The translations under genes and the position numbers were made by a program. A DNA stretch of 64,000 bases from an uncultured Candidatus Rokubacteria bacterium (GTDB lineage: Bacteria > Methylomirabilota > Methylomirabilia > Rokubacteriales > CSP1-6). The stretch's first letter is position 1, and every line of letters begins with the position of its first letter. The notes under the pieces were generated by a model, which made no database searches, was not told where the DNA came from, and saw nothing but the letters and a program-made list of their open reading frames with translations. Where the stretch lies: assembly GCA_963758635.1 (NCBI GenBank), contig CAVWWD010000004.1, positions 96,001-160,000 on the forward strand, in the 5' to 3' direction. Below, piece by piece: positions 21,384 to 33,056 of the stretch.

Positions 21384-21400
21384 GGCACACGACGTGCCAG
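21384..21400 (-). promoter_or_regulatory. Sigma54-type -24/-12 promoter for the micropeptide gene
   Basis: CTGGCACGTCGTGTGCC on the minus strand: TGGCACG-N4-GTGC, GG-N10-GC spacing. Confidence 0.6.
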
Positions 21401-21627
21401 AGCGCCCATACGGCTAAAATCCTCTGGATTTCAAGGGATGAGCGGCCGGGCCCACCGCTCCTCCGAGTTGTTCGGGCGGATCGGCAGAAGCCGATCGGGC
21501 AGAAAGCCGTCGCGACGAAGAGCCGGCGTTTCGCTCCCGGCCGCGTTCGAGGCGCGGGCGAGCCGCATCATCGACTGATCCCGGTCGCCCTCTTGGCTCC
21601 AATCCGAACTGCAAGTAAGGAGCGGCG

Positions 21628-22471
21628 TCAGCTCCTTCCGTACCGGCTCGTCGGGCCCGCGCCATCGGCCTCGGGCGGCGGCACACCGAGGGTGTCACGC
21701 AGCGCCGCGCCCTGGCTCGTGAACCACTGATGGAGCGTCGTCATGTCCCAGCCCATGCAGAAGTGGTTGACGCCCATGTCGAGGTGGCGCTTGGCCTCGG
21801 CCGGCTCGCCGATCTCCGCGCGCGGCGCCACGCCGCGGCGTCAGCGCCGTGTCCACCATGAAGCGCTCGGCCTCGCGCACCGCGGGATGGTCCCACTGGC
21901 CGGCGAGGCCGATGCTCATCGCGTAGTCCGCGGGGCCGAACTGCACCATGTCCACGCCGGGCACGGCGAGGATGGCGTCGAGGTCCTCCACCGCCTGCTT
22001 CTTCTCGATCATGAGCGCGACCACCGCGTCGTCCAGCGCCTGCACGTAGGCCGGCGTGCCCACCTCCATCACGTGGCCCACGTCGCGCCGCATCCCGACG
22101 CCGTGGATGCCGCCCGAGCCCGGCGCCTCCGCGCGCACCGCACGCACGGCGGCCTGCGCGTCGGCCACGGTGCGGATGTCGGCGAAGAGCACGTTCTGGA
22201 TGCCCGACCCGATGGCGCGCACGGCCAGGTACGTGCGCGGCTCCTGCTCGACCTTCATCATGCCCGTCATGTGGGGGAAGAGGTCCACGGCGCGGCCCAG
22301 GTTCTCGAGCGCGTAGAGATCGTAGGGCGCGTACTCGGCCAGGAACTCGACGTAGTCGAACATCCGCGAGTGGCCCACCAGCTCCACGATCGACGGCCAC
22401 GAGATGGCCAGGTGCGTGCCGATCGACGGACGGCCCTCCCGCAGCAGCTCCCTCAGGCGATTTCGTCGCAT
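21628..22471 (-). CDS. HpcH/HpaI aldolase family protein (frameshift ~21838)
   Basis: MRRNRLRELL, FDYVEFLAEY, ALMIEKK, VDMVQFGPADYAMSIG. Confidence 0.88.
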
Positions 22472-22550
22472 GGTACCCTCCAGGCCGCAGAGGATATCCC
22501 GCGCCGCGCGCGCCTCGCAAGGCGCGCGAGCGCCACGAGGAGACATCGTG

Positions 22551-23445
22551 ATGCAGATCGGCCGGCTCGGGGTGTGGGCGTCGATGGACGGCATGACCGC
22601 GGCGGCGGCGGCGGACTTCGCCCGACGCGTGGAGAGCTGGGGCTATGGCGCCCTCTGGGTGCCGGAGTCGGCGGGCCGGAACGTCTACGTGCTCTCCGCC
22701 TGGCTGCTGGCATCGACGCGCACGCTGGTCATCGCCACGGGCATCGCCAACATCTACGCGCGCGATCCGCAGGCCTCGGCGTCGGCGCAGAACGCGCTGA
22801 ACGAGCAGTCCGGAGGCCGCTTCCTGCTCGGGCTGGGCGTGTCCCACGTGCCGCTGGTGGAAGGGCTCCGGGGCCACACGTACGGCAAGCCGGTCGAGAC
22901 GATGCGCGCCTACCTGGAGGGCATGCGACGGGCGGGCTACGCGGCTCCGGCGCCTCCGGAGCCTCCGCAGACGGTCCTCGCCGCCCTCCGGCCGCGGATG
23001 CTCGCGCTCTCCGCGTCCCACGGCGCCGGCGCGCACCCGTATCTGGTCACGGCCGAGCACACGAGGCAGGCGCGCCGCGCCCTCGGCCCCGGGAAGCTCT
23101 TGTGCCCGGAGCAGACCGTGCTCGGGGTGACCGACGCGACGACGGCCCGTCGCGTCGGCCGCGCCTGGATCACGCGGTACCTCGCGCTGACGAACTACCG
23201 GGAGAACCTGCTGCGGCTCGGCTTCACCGAGGGCGACCTGGCCGACGGCGGATCGGATCGCCTGGTCGACGCGCTCATCGCCTGGGGCGACCCGCGGGCG
23301 ATCCGGGCGCGCGTGGAGGAGCACTGGGCGGCGGGCGCCGACCACGTCTGCGTCCAGGCGCTCGACCCCGCGGGGGCCACGCCGGCCCGCCCCGACGAGG
23401 GCCTGCTCGCCGCGCTCGCGCCCTCGGCCTCCGACCGCGCGCTAG
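22551..23445 (+). CDS. LLM-class (putative F420-dependent) oxidoreductase; 3' end uncertain
   Basis: IGRLGVW, GYGALW, IATGIANIYARD, GRFLLGLGVSH, GAHPYLVT, AGADHVCVQ; the frame runs on to 23756 through non-homologous sequence. Confidence 0.85.
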
Positions 23446-23675
23446 AGGCCCGGCCTCACGGGCCGCCCCAGCAGGCTCCGCTCCGCCTCCCGCCGCGTCT
23501 CGAAGACGTGGGCGGAGACCTCCCGCCGCGCCAGCTCCTTGCCGAGCTTCAAGCGCAGGAAGCCGCTGTTGGTGAAGCGCGAGACCTTGAGGTAGTAGCG
23601 CTTCTCGACGTACTGCACGGCGTCCATGTACGCGGCCATGGCGTCGTCGTCGACCTCGAACCCCTCCGGCGGGTG
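23442..23675 (-). pseudogene. 3' remnant of acyl-CoA:acetate/propionate CoA-transferase-type gene
   Basis: EGFEVDDDAMAAYMDAVQYVEKRYYLKVSRFTNSGFLRLKLGKELARREVSAHVFET resembles the C-terminal extension of propionate CoA-transferases; no N-terminal body or start. Confidence 0.55.
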
Positions 23676-23704
23676 ACGCCGCAGCCGGCACGAGCACGGC
23701 CGCG

Positions 23705-25150
23705 CTACGTGCGGGATCGTTCTCGTCGCGCCGGCGCCCGGCCGCGCGCTCGATGATGTCCCCCAGGCGCGTAACGTCCTCGGCCCAGGAGCGCTCGCGT
23801 ACATGCGAACGCTAGCCGCAGCCGGGAGGTCACGCAGCTCTTCCGGCAGGTCGTCGCTGCGCGGCATCGTCGCGGCATCGACGAGGAGCGGCACGAGCGA
23901 CCTGCGCATGGTGAGCGCGGCACGCAGCGTCTCCGGAGGGGGACGGGCACGTCGGGCTCAACTTGCGGGACCTCGCGAAGGAGCGTGGCGAACGCCGGGC
24001 CGATGACCAGCAGGACCACGTGCGCGTGGGCCAGGGCGGCCTCTGGCAATGTTTCTCTGTCGGACGCGGAGTCCGGAGGCACGAGCGCGGCAGTTGCGTG
24101 TGCGTGCTCTCCGGCCCGAAGCGATCCGCCAGGTCCTGCCGGAGTCGATAGGTGTGTCGTGGTCTGTCGCCGCGTGAGAGCAGAGGTAGATGCGGAGGCG
24201 GGCCTGGTCGCGGGCAGGAGCCGGCGGTGGCGGCGCCGGCGCCCAGCGCCTTGGCCACCCGCTCGACGAGGCGCGTCAAGGCCTCGGGGCCGCCGTGGAG
24301 CGCGTCGAACGCCAGCGCGTTCCTCCGGGTGAGCGTGCGGATGGCCGGCGGAAGCTCGTCTTCGGTCGGCATGCGGGCGCCGTCGAGCAATACCGGGATG
24401 ATGCGGCCTCCGCTCTGTAGCGCGAGCGCGATCTCCTCGCTCGCGTAGCCCTCCCGCACCCCGTCGCGCGCGACGACGACCAGCGTGGCCACGGCGCGAG
24501 CCAGGATCGACTCCACGCGCGAACGGCGAACCGGGTCCGCGAAGTCGACGAAGTCGCTGCCGATCACCTCCATGTCGGGAAGCCGGTCCTGGAGCCCGCG
24601 AACGAGTGCCCGGTAGACGTAAGCGGTGGCCTCGATGAGGCCGCACGAGACGAAGAGGACCGGCTTGTCGGCCTGCGCGTCGGGCTGCCCCGCCGCGGGC
24701 CCGCGAAGCTGGCGGACGAGCGCCGAGACGTCACGTCCCACGACGGCGCCTCGACTCGGATCGCGTGGAAATCTGTCGGCTCACGGAGTGCGGGCCGGGC
24801 CTGGACGAACGTGTCGAAGGACGCGCCGTCGACCAGCACCGGGACGATGCGCTTGCCGAGCGCGCGCGCCCCCTGGATCTCCGCTGCGACGAGCTGGGTC
24901 TCCTCGCTGACCGCCTGCGTGTTGGCGATCCCAGTTGCGAATGGCCGATCGATCACGACCAGCACGGCTCGCGCCCTCTCGATCCCCGACCGCGCCCACC
25001 CCTCGATGGTCGTTCCTTCTGGCATGAACGCCAGATCACCCATGTCGTCTATGTCCCAGCCCTCTTGGCGCAGGCTCCGGACCAGCCTTCGTGCCGATTC
25101 GCTCGGATCGATGCGCGACGAGATGACATACAGGACGTTACCGGCGACCG
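23705..25150 (-). CDS. Three tandem TIR domains (C-terminal part of a large, frameshifted protein)
   Basis: TIR1 LYVISSR...ARAVLVVID...VAAEIQGA...IVPVLVDGA; TIR2 VLFVS...ASEEIALA...IIPVLLDGARMPTEDELP; TIR3 RIYLCS...RLRQDLADRFG...VVLLVIGP...LVPLLVDAATMPRSDDLPEEL. Confidence 0.75.
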
Positions 25151-27640
25151 GCGCCTGCTCAGCGACTGCCGACGTGTCTGCCCGGTTGCCGCGCTCGGCT
25201 CCAGAGGTGCGCTTGCCGGCGACTCCGACGCCAGGTCTCGCGGCGCATTCGCCGTGGCCTGCGCCAGCGGGATCAGCTCGAGCGCCAGGAGCTTCCGCGC
25301 CACGGCCTCCGCGACGGCCTCCGTCGAGTCGCCACGCGCGAGGCGGATCTCTCCGGCCTCGTGGGCGCGGGGAACGGCGGTGGCATCCAGGGCGCCGGCA
25401 CCCGTCGGGCGCACCGCGGTGAAGCGGTCAACGGCGAGGGAGGCGACGGACGGCGGCACGGCGCCTGCGGTACCTTCCCACATGACCACGTCGAGCTCGG
25501 TCGCGCCGTCGTGCCCGAGCAGCGGCGTCACGAGCCACGCGACGAGCCGTCTGAGGAGCCACGCGACGAGCCCCGTCGGGACGCCCTTCCTGCCCGCCGC
25601 GATCGACCGTGCCAGGAGGAGCGCGGCGAGGCGCCAGGCTCCGAGCTGGATCCGAGGCAGCGTTCCCCACGCGGCGCCGCGGCGGACCACGTGGCAGTCG
25701 ACGGCCCGGCCTGCCGCGTCCAGCTGTCCGTGGATCAGCCGGGCAACACGCTCGGCCGCGGCGAGATCCTCCGAAGAGCAGAGGATCACCATGAAGCGAC
25801 GGACGATACGCGGGACGGGCGGCCGCAGCAGCCGCCGGAAGTCCAGCGAGGACCGCAGCATGCGCGCCTCGAAGTGCGTCCCCGGCAGGCTCGTGAACTG
25901 GGCGGCCGTGATTCCGGGGCGTACCGCCGCTGCGGCGGAACGAGGAACGAAGGCCGTCGACAGGGGCGCCGACGAGACGATCGGCCCGAAGCCCCCGAGG
26001 AGGAGCCTCGTCCTGAGTGGCAGATCTGGGCCCCGGATGACGAGCGCCTGGGCCGAGCTCTCCATGCGGCTTCCGATGACGAAGGGCCAGAGCTCGGCGG
26101 GCGCGTACAGCTCGCGCACCGGCAACGCGGGCCAGGCGTCGGGCTGCGCGTCGGCCCAGTCGTCGAGGTGCACGGGTCGAAGCGGGAAGAGCGCTTCCAT
26201 CTCGCCGGCGAGGCCGGCGGCCCGGAGATGCTCGCCGCCGATGCGCGGGCATCCTCGGGCACGGCGAGGATGGTGACCTGGCCCCCTCGCCAGCCCCCGG
26301 CGGCGCGCGCGGCCGCGCTGACGGTCTGGCCTCTCGTCCCGTTGTGGCACCAGGATCCAGAGCGGCACGTTGCAACGGGTGCCGGGGCGGCGAACCACAG
26401 CCGGATCCATCCGTAGGAGAGCGCGGCGGCCAGCGCCACGAGCCACTCCCGGCCGAGGACCACTCCGGCGTCCAGCCGCCACAGCACGAGCGGCACGAGG
26501 CAGCAGAGCGTGGCGGCGACGAGCGTCTCGCTGACGGCCACGGCCTCGAAGCGCCCGCGCAGCTGGCCGACGACGAGCCAGCGCGGTACACGCCACGCGG
26601 TCCAGCCGAGCGCGGCGAGCAGCGAGCACGGCGACGGCCCAGCCGGCGGTGACGCGAGGCTCTCGATCGGTGTGCCCATGGCGCGCGCCCGCCGTGGATC
26701 TCGACCGTCTGGCCGAGCCAGATCGCCGATACCAGCGCCGCGGCGAGGACCAGCACGCGGAAGCAGGTGTCACGCATCGGCGCGAGCGCGACGCCTGGCC
26801 GGAGCGCCACCGCGCGCCTGCCGTCGCGGCGAGCCACGCCAGTGGTGCCGTGACGGCGGCCCAGAGCAGCGCCAGCGGCTCGATGGCCGCCAGGAAGCCG
26901 AATCCGAGGATGGTAAGCAGAGGCCACGCCGTCGCCGCGAACGTGGCGACGGCGCCGAGCGCCAGGCCTCGGCCCAGCGACGATCCGCGACTGATCGAGC
27001 GCACGACGACCGCGAACAGCAGCGCACGCGGCGAACGGCAGCAGCAGCACGAAGGTCGCCACCTGGCCGGGCGCGACGACCGTCCGGCCGAGGCTGATCA
27101 GGAACCAGGTCGTGCTGAACACGGTGGCGCCGGGCGATCCGGGGACCGCGTAGAAGACGATGGCGAGCGGGATCGCCACCACCACGGCGAGCGCGGCGGT
27201 GACCAGGATGCCCCTGAGACGCACGCCCAGCGCCACGAGCACGAGCAGGAGCGCGACGCGAGCACGAGCGGCAGCGTGCGCACGAGCGGCAACGCCACCG
27301 CGCCGACCATCTGCGCGGCGATCACGGTGACGGGCGTCGCCACGGCCAGGGCGGCGAGCCGACCGAGGCCGCGCGGCAGGCTCGGTGGCACCGGCCGCCG
27401 GCGAGCCGGGCGAGGGGAGGCCGCGGACTCCGCCGGCTTCGTGGCATAGCTCGGCGACGGCGCTCACGCCGTGACCGCCCGCCTCGTCAGCGCGCGCCGC
27501 ACGCGGCGCTCGACCCGCAGAAGGGCCAGCAGCGTGCCCGCGAACGCCAGGGCCAGCAGCCACCAGATGGGCTGCCAGCCGGCCCGGGCCAAGGTGACGT
27601 TGTGGGCGATCAGGCCCTGGAGGCGGGAGACGCCGGAGGG
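25150..27640 (-). CDS. Multi-pass membrane region plus soluble linker of the large protein (frameshifted)
   Basis: Run of hydrophobic helices (e.g. WWLLALAFAG, LLLVLVALGV, AWPLLTILGFGFLAA) in shifting frames, followed by a ~300-aa soluble segment. Confidence 0.5.
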
Positions 27641-29570
27641 CGCCGGCGCGCGGATACGGATTCAGCCTCCAGATCTGAACCGTATGGGTGCCGCATCGGA
27701 GCGTGGGCTCGTGGTGGAGGCGGCTTGCTGGCGAGCCGCGTCGGCGCGCTTCGCCTCTTCGCACGGACGCTGGCGGCGCGGGGCTCGATCGAGAGCTGTC
27801 GCGGGGGTCTCGGACGCGATCGCCAGGTACTCTCCCGTCGGCCCGATCGCGATCGTGTCGATCGGACGCCGGCGCTGCGGAGCGTGCCGAGCTCGGCGCG
27901 CGTGGTCGCGTCCCAGAGCCGCACGGTGCCGTTCGTGCTGGCCGCGATGATGCGGCGGCCGTCCGGGCTCCAGGCCACCCGGAACACCGTGCCGCTGGCC
28001 GTGGTGGCCGGACTTCCCGGCGAGTAGGCGAGAAACGGCGAGCCGATCTGGGCTCCGGTGTCCGCGTCCCAGAGACGGACGGTGCCGTCACTGAGCTGCC
28101 GGAGGCGATGAGGCGGCCGTCGGGGCTCCAGGCCACGGCCCGACACTCTCGGTGTGGCCTTCGAGGGCCGCCCGATCGGGGCGCCCGTTTGCACGTCCCA
28201 GATCCGCACCGTCCGGTCGTCGTTGCCGGAGGCGACACGGCGGCCGTCCGGGCTCCAGGCGACGCTGAACACCCAGATCGTGTTGCCCTCGAGGGGCTGG
28301 CCGATCGGGGCGCCGGTCTCGGCATCCCAGATCCTCAGGGTCGCGTCCTCGCTTCCGGAGGCGATGCGGCGGCCGTCGGGGCTCCAGGCCACGCTCGAGA
28401 CGCGGTCCGCCGTGGCGCTGAGAAAAGGAAGCGATCGGGACGACCGCTTCGACGCAGTCCCAGAGACGCAGGGTCGCCTTCCGTGCTGCCCGAGACGATG
28501 CGGCGTCCGTCCGGACTCCATGCCACGCTCCGACGCGCCCGAGTCCGGCGCGACGTCGCCTCGGAGGTGTCGACCGCTCGCCGCGTGTGCGCGTCCCAGA
28601 TCCCCAGGTTCCCGTCCCCGCCGGCCGTGACGAGGCGGCGGCCGTCCGGGCTCCACGCCATGCTCGAACACTCGATCCGACGTGCTGTCGAGCGGCTTGC
28701 CTACCGGCGTAGCGCTCTGCGTGCTCCAGAACCGCAGCGTGCCGTCATCGTCGAGCGACACGACGCGCTGCCCGTCGGGGCTCCACGCCACGCTCACGAC
28801 GGTGGCGGTGTGTCCTTCGAGGGGCACGCCGATGGGGGTGTAGGAGTCGGCGTCCCAGAGACGCAGCGTGTCGTCGGCGCTGCCGGAGAGGATGCGGCGG
28901 CCGTCGGGGCTCCACGCGACGCTCAGCACGGCGTTACGTGTGCCCCTCGAGCGGGGGTCCCAGGCTGGCCACTGACCGCGTCCCAGAGGCGCAGCGTGCC
29001 GTCGGCGCTGCCGGAGACGATACGTCGCCCGTCAGGGCTCCACGCGACGCTCGACACCTGGCCGGTGTGTCCCTGGAGCGGCGCGACGGACGGGTTGGCC
29101 GGTGTTCGCGTCCAATATCTGGATCCGTTCCGTCTTCGTCGCCCGAGGCGAGCAGCCGTGCGTCGGGGCTCCATGCGACGATCCCGAGCCAGGAGAACGC
29201 GGCTGCCGGGCACGGGCTTGCCGGCCACCAGAGCGCCGGTCCGGGCGTCCCAGACCTGCGGCGCAGGACCTCCGACCGCGACGATGCGCTGCCCATCCGC
29301 GCTCCACGCCAAGCGCAGCTCGACGGATCCGCTGTTGTCGAGCACGCGGATCGACGCGCCAGCGTCGGCGTCCCAGAGCCGGACTTCCGTCGCGTCCCCC
29401 GGAGGCGATGCGGCGGCCGTCGGGACTCCACGCCACGCTCGACACCGTGGTGCATGACCTCGGAGCGGCGCGCCGATCGGCATCCCGGTCTCCGCGTCCG
29501 AGATCCGGAGCGTGCCGGACTCGCCCCCCGAGACGACACGGCGGCCATCGGGGCTCCACGCCACCGCGAG
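27640..29570 (-). repeat. WD40 repeat region, ~13-14 repeats (two beta-propellers)
   Basis: Recurrent VAWSPDGRR(I/V)xSGSxDxT(L/V)RLWDA units; 13 clear copies plus one degenerate. Confidence 0.92.
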
Positions 29571-31864
29571 GGTTCCCGGCGCCTCGATGAGGAACGGATG
29601 GGCCCGGTCGACGAAGAACGCGTTCCGGGGATCGTCGGCGCCGCCGGCGTCGACCGGCCCGCCGCCGCCGAGCGCCGCGACCAGCGGCAGGAGCAGAAGG
29701 ACGAGCGTGAGCGCGCGCCACCGGTTGAGCCCGAGGTACGGGAGCCCGTCCGCCCAGGCCCAGCGCGCCCACTCCGCGCGGGCGCGCTGGCCGGAAGCGC
29801 GCGAGCCATCCGCGCCAGCCGGGCTCGCGCGGCAGCCGCATGCGGCGCGCCCACGAGGCCCAGCGCGCGGGGGCGCGCAGCGCGAGCTGCTCCGGCGACA
29901 CGCCGCTCATGTAGCCCAGGTAGAGCGGATCGCCCTCCGGGCGCCCGTCGCGGCGGACCGCGAAGGGCGATCGCGCCGATCGACGTCGCTGCCCGGCGGG
30001 CGCTCGAAGCCCAGCTCGATGCCGTCGGTGACGGCGCGCGGCGAGATCTTCTCCAGCAGGTCTCTCCACGACGCGCCGGAGCTCGTCCTGTCGCGCGCGC
30101 GACAGCTCGGCCAGGAGCCTGAGCCGCAGCCAGTCCGGCATGCTCTCGCGCTGGAGCCAGGGCAGCCGGACGAGCCGCCGGTAGTTGCGCGCGAGCGCCG
30201 CGCTCAGCGAGCGCTCGTTCGCGAGCGCGTGGGAGCCGGGCCAGCGCCGCCTTGCCGAGGAGCAGCGTGAGCTCCCATCGCACGATGGGCGCGATCGCGA
30301 CGGCGGCGAGCCAGTGGAAACCCGTGCTCGCCCAGGTAGACGCGCAGCTCCAGGATCAGTCGCTCGCAGCGTCGTCCTCGTCGGGCGGCTCCGCGCCGAC
30401 GAAGCGCCGCGCCGTCGCCCTGGCGCAGGAGGCCGGGAAATCGCTGCGGCTCGCTGAGCGTCACCGTGGAGAGCTGGCCGGACACGCACCAGGTCGCCCA
30501 CGCGCCGAGGGCGGACTCCTCCAGCGGCAGCACGATGAAGCCCGGGGTCCGCGGCGCTCTCCGGCGCGCTCGATCGCCTCCTCGCGCGCGCCCCAGTCGC
30601 GCGGCTCGACCGGCGTGAACAGCGCGCGGTCGCGCCAGCGGTGGAAGTGGGAGCCGAGCGCGTCCGGGCGCCACGCGCCCTGCTCGTCCACGAGCGGGTC
30701 GCCGTCCGACACCACGATGAGCCGCTCGCCGAAGCGCGGCGCCCGCGACCTGCGAGAGCTGCGTCCAGCCGCGCTCGCCCGGGCGCGCTGGCGGCGGCGG
30801 GCGGACCATGAGCGCCTCGGCGCCCGATCGCTCGTCGCGCCGGCGCCGCGAGCAGGAGGATCTCCACGTCGAGGCCTTCGCGCTCGAGCCGCTCCGCCCA
30901 CTGGAAGAAGAGCCGGCCGCGCGGGTCCCGCTCGCTGGCCACGTCCACGAGCAGGAGGTAGCAGGGGTGGATGCGGGCCATGGAGTAGCGCAGCACCGGG
31001 ATGCCCTGGTTGCGGAGCGTGGCCTCGATGGTGCGGCGCACGTCCACGAGCGGCCGCCGGGCCAGCCGCTCGATGTCGATGCCGCGGCTGCGGACGTGCC
31101 GCGCGAGACGGTCCGCCAGCTCCGGCGGCATCGGAGGCACCAGGCGGCGCGCCTCGATGGCGAGCGGCTCCGGGTCGAGGAACATCGGCTCCGACCGCCG
31201 GCGCAGGCCGCGTCCGGCTCAGGACGAGCGCGGGCAGGCTCACGCCGAGCAGCGCGAGGAGCGGAAGCGCGCCGAGGAGCCAGATCCAGCTCGGGCCGGA
31301 GCTCCACGTTGAAGCGGAACGCGGGCTCGAGGCGATCGACGGCGCGGCCCCTGAGTCACTCCGGACGCGGCGCGACGGGCGGCACGGGCGGCGCGGGGCG
31401 TGTCCGGGGCGTCCGGCCCCGGCCCTCGATCTCGGGACGGACGCGCCTTCAGCCCGAGGAGGTCGAAGCGCCAGAGCGAGGCCGCCGGCGAGGGCCACCA
31501 GCGCGAGGCCGACCAGCGCGCAGGACAGCGGGCCGGACCGCAGGGCGGCGGGGGCGGAGGAGGCGGCGGCGGCGGGGGCGGCGGTGGTGGCGCGCCGCCG
31601 CTCCGGCCCTGCCCACCAGTCGTCGAAGATCGCGTCGAACGGCTCCTGCTGCTCGCCGGACTTGCAGAACACCGGGCGGAGGCGCGAGCGAAGCCGATCG
31701 CGATCGCCCAGGTCGGCCCCGCGCTCTCCGAGCGTCAGGAGGAGCTGGGTCGCGTCGATGGCCTCGGATACGCCGACGGGGAAGCCCGCGGCCCGGAGCG
31801 CCTCGACGAGATCCGCGATGCCCGGCCGCGGCCGAGCGTCGGCCGGCTCGGCGCTCGCGCTCAT
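29570..31864 (-). CDS. vWA-type (CoxE-like) MoxR partner; N-terminal part of the large membrane protein (frameshifted)
   Basis: LVEALRAAGFPVGVSE...VFCKSGEQQEPFDAIF helical N-terminus; DVRRTIEATLR; YLLLVD; LIVVSDG; WRDRALFTP; TM segments before and after. Confidence 0.75.
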
Positions 31865-33046
31865 GCCGGCCGCGCGCTCGAACCCCTCGAGGAACTCGCG
31901 CAGGATGCGGTGGTCGTCCTTGTGCTTGGAGACCGCCGACGCCGTCTTGCGCACGAGGTCGATCTGCTCCGTGAGCGCCGCGTCCGGCGCCGCCGCCTGC
32001 GCGCGGAGCGCCGCCGTCCAGTCGATCAGCTCGGAGGTGCCCGGCCGGTACTGGAGCTCGTCCTGGTGCTGCTCGCGGAAGTCCCAGAACCGCTCCAGGA
32101 GCTGCCGGTAGAAGGGTGGCAGCGCGGGCCCGCCCTGGCCGCCCTCGGCGCGGCGGTCGGCGAAGAAGCGCTGGGCCACGATGTCCGTCAGCTCGTCGCG
32201 GGTCGGGTCCGGGATGTGGAAGAACGTGCAGCGGCGCAGGAACGGCGCGGGCAGGTCGCGCTCGGAGTTGCTCGTGATGATCACGATGGGCCGGTGCTCC
32301 GGGTGCACCTCCATGGGGGCCAGGCCCAGCTCGCGCACGCGGAACTCGAGCCGCTCGATGCCGTTCAGGAGGTCGTTCGGGAAGTCGCGGCTGGTCTTGT
32401 CGATCTCGTCGATGAGGACCACGCTCGGCCGCGCGGCGGTCGCGGCCGCGCGCTCGCCGGGCCCGAACACCGCGTCGAACAGCACGTCGTACCGCGCCGG
32501 GTCCGAGCGCACGATGGCCTCGCCGAGCGGACCCAGCTTGACGAACCGCTCGGGGGCCAGCGGCTTCGGCTCGTTCCGGATCTGCGTGGCCAGCTCGCCG
32601 CGGATCTGGGTGGCGATCTCCTCCGGAGCCTCGGGCTTCGTGGCGAGCCTGAACATCTCGACCGCGGCCAGGTGCCCGACGAGGTCGAAGCGGTAGAAGA
32701 GGTCGTTGGCCTCCGACAGCGACTGGGCCTCGAATCGCAGCACCGGGCCCAGGTTGAGCTCCCACGCGATCCGCTCGGCGAGCTGGCTCTTCCCCGTGCC
32801 GGGGTTGCCGGTGAGGAGGAGCGGCTTCGACAGCGCCAGCGCGGTGTTGACGGCGTCGGCCAGGTCCGGCCGCGCGCGATAGTTGGCGGGATGGTTGGGG
32901 AAGCGCAGGTTGTCCTGCTCGCCGGGGTCCGCGTGATGGCGGCGCCAGGGCCCGATCCGACCGTCCCAGGGGTCGATCTCGCCGATGCGGGAGCCGAGCG
33001 CGGCGAGGTCTCCCCGGCCGACGAAGGTGAAGCGATGGGGCGCCAT
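31861..33046 (-). CDS. MoxR-family AAA+ ATPase
   Basis: AVNTALALSKPLLLTGNPGTGKS Walker A, VVLIDEIDK Walker B, DFPNDLL, ITSNSERDLPAPFLRRC; GAGGAGG RBS. Confidence 0.93.
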
Positions 33047-33056
33047 GCCGTCCTCC

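Noticed and set aside
27900..29570. Regularly spaced nucleotide repeats suggesting a CRISPR array
   Set aside because: They are degenerate coding WD40 repeats (AWSPDG); no cas genes are present
31861..33046. MoxR/vWA as CoxD/CoxE maturation factors for the CoxL-like gene
   Set aside because: 24 kb away and tied to WD40/TIR domains, which fits a conflict system better
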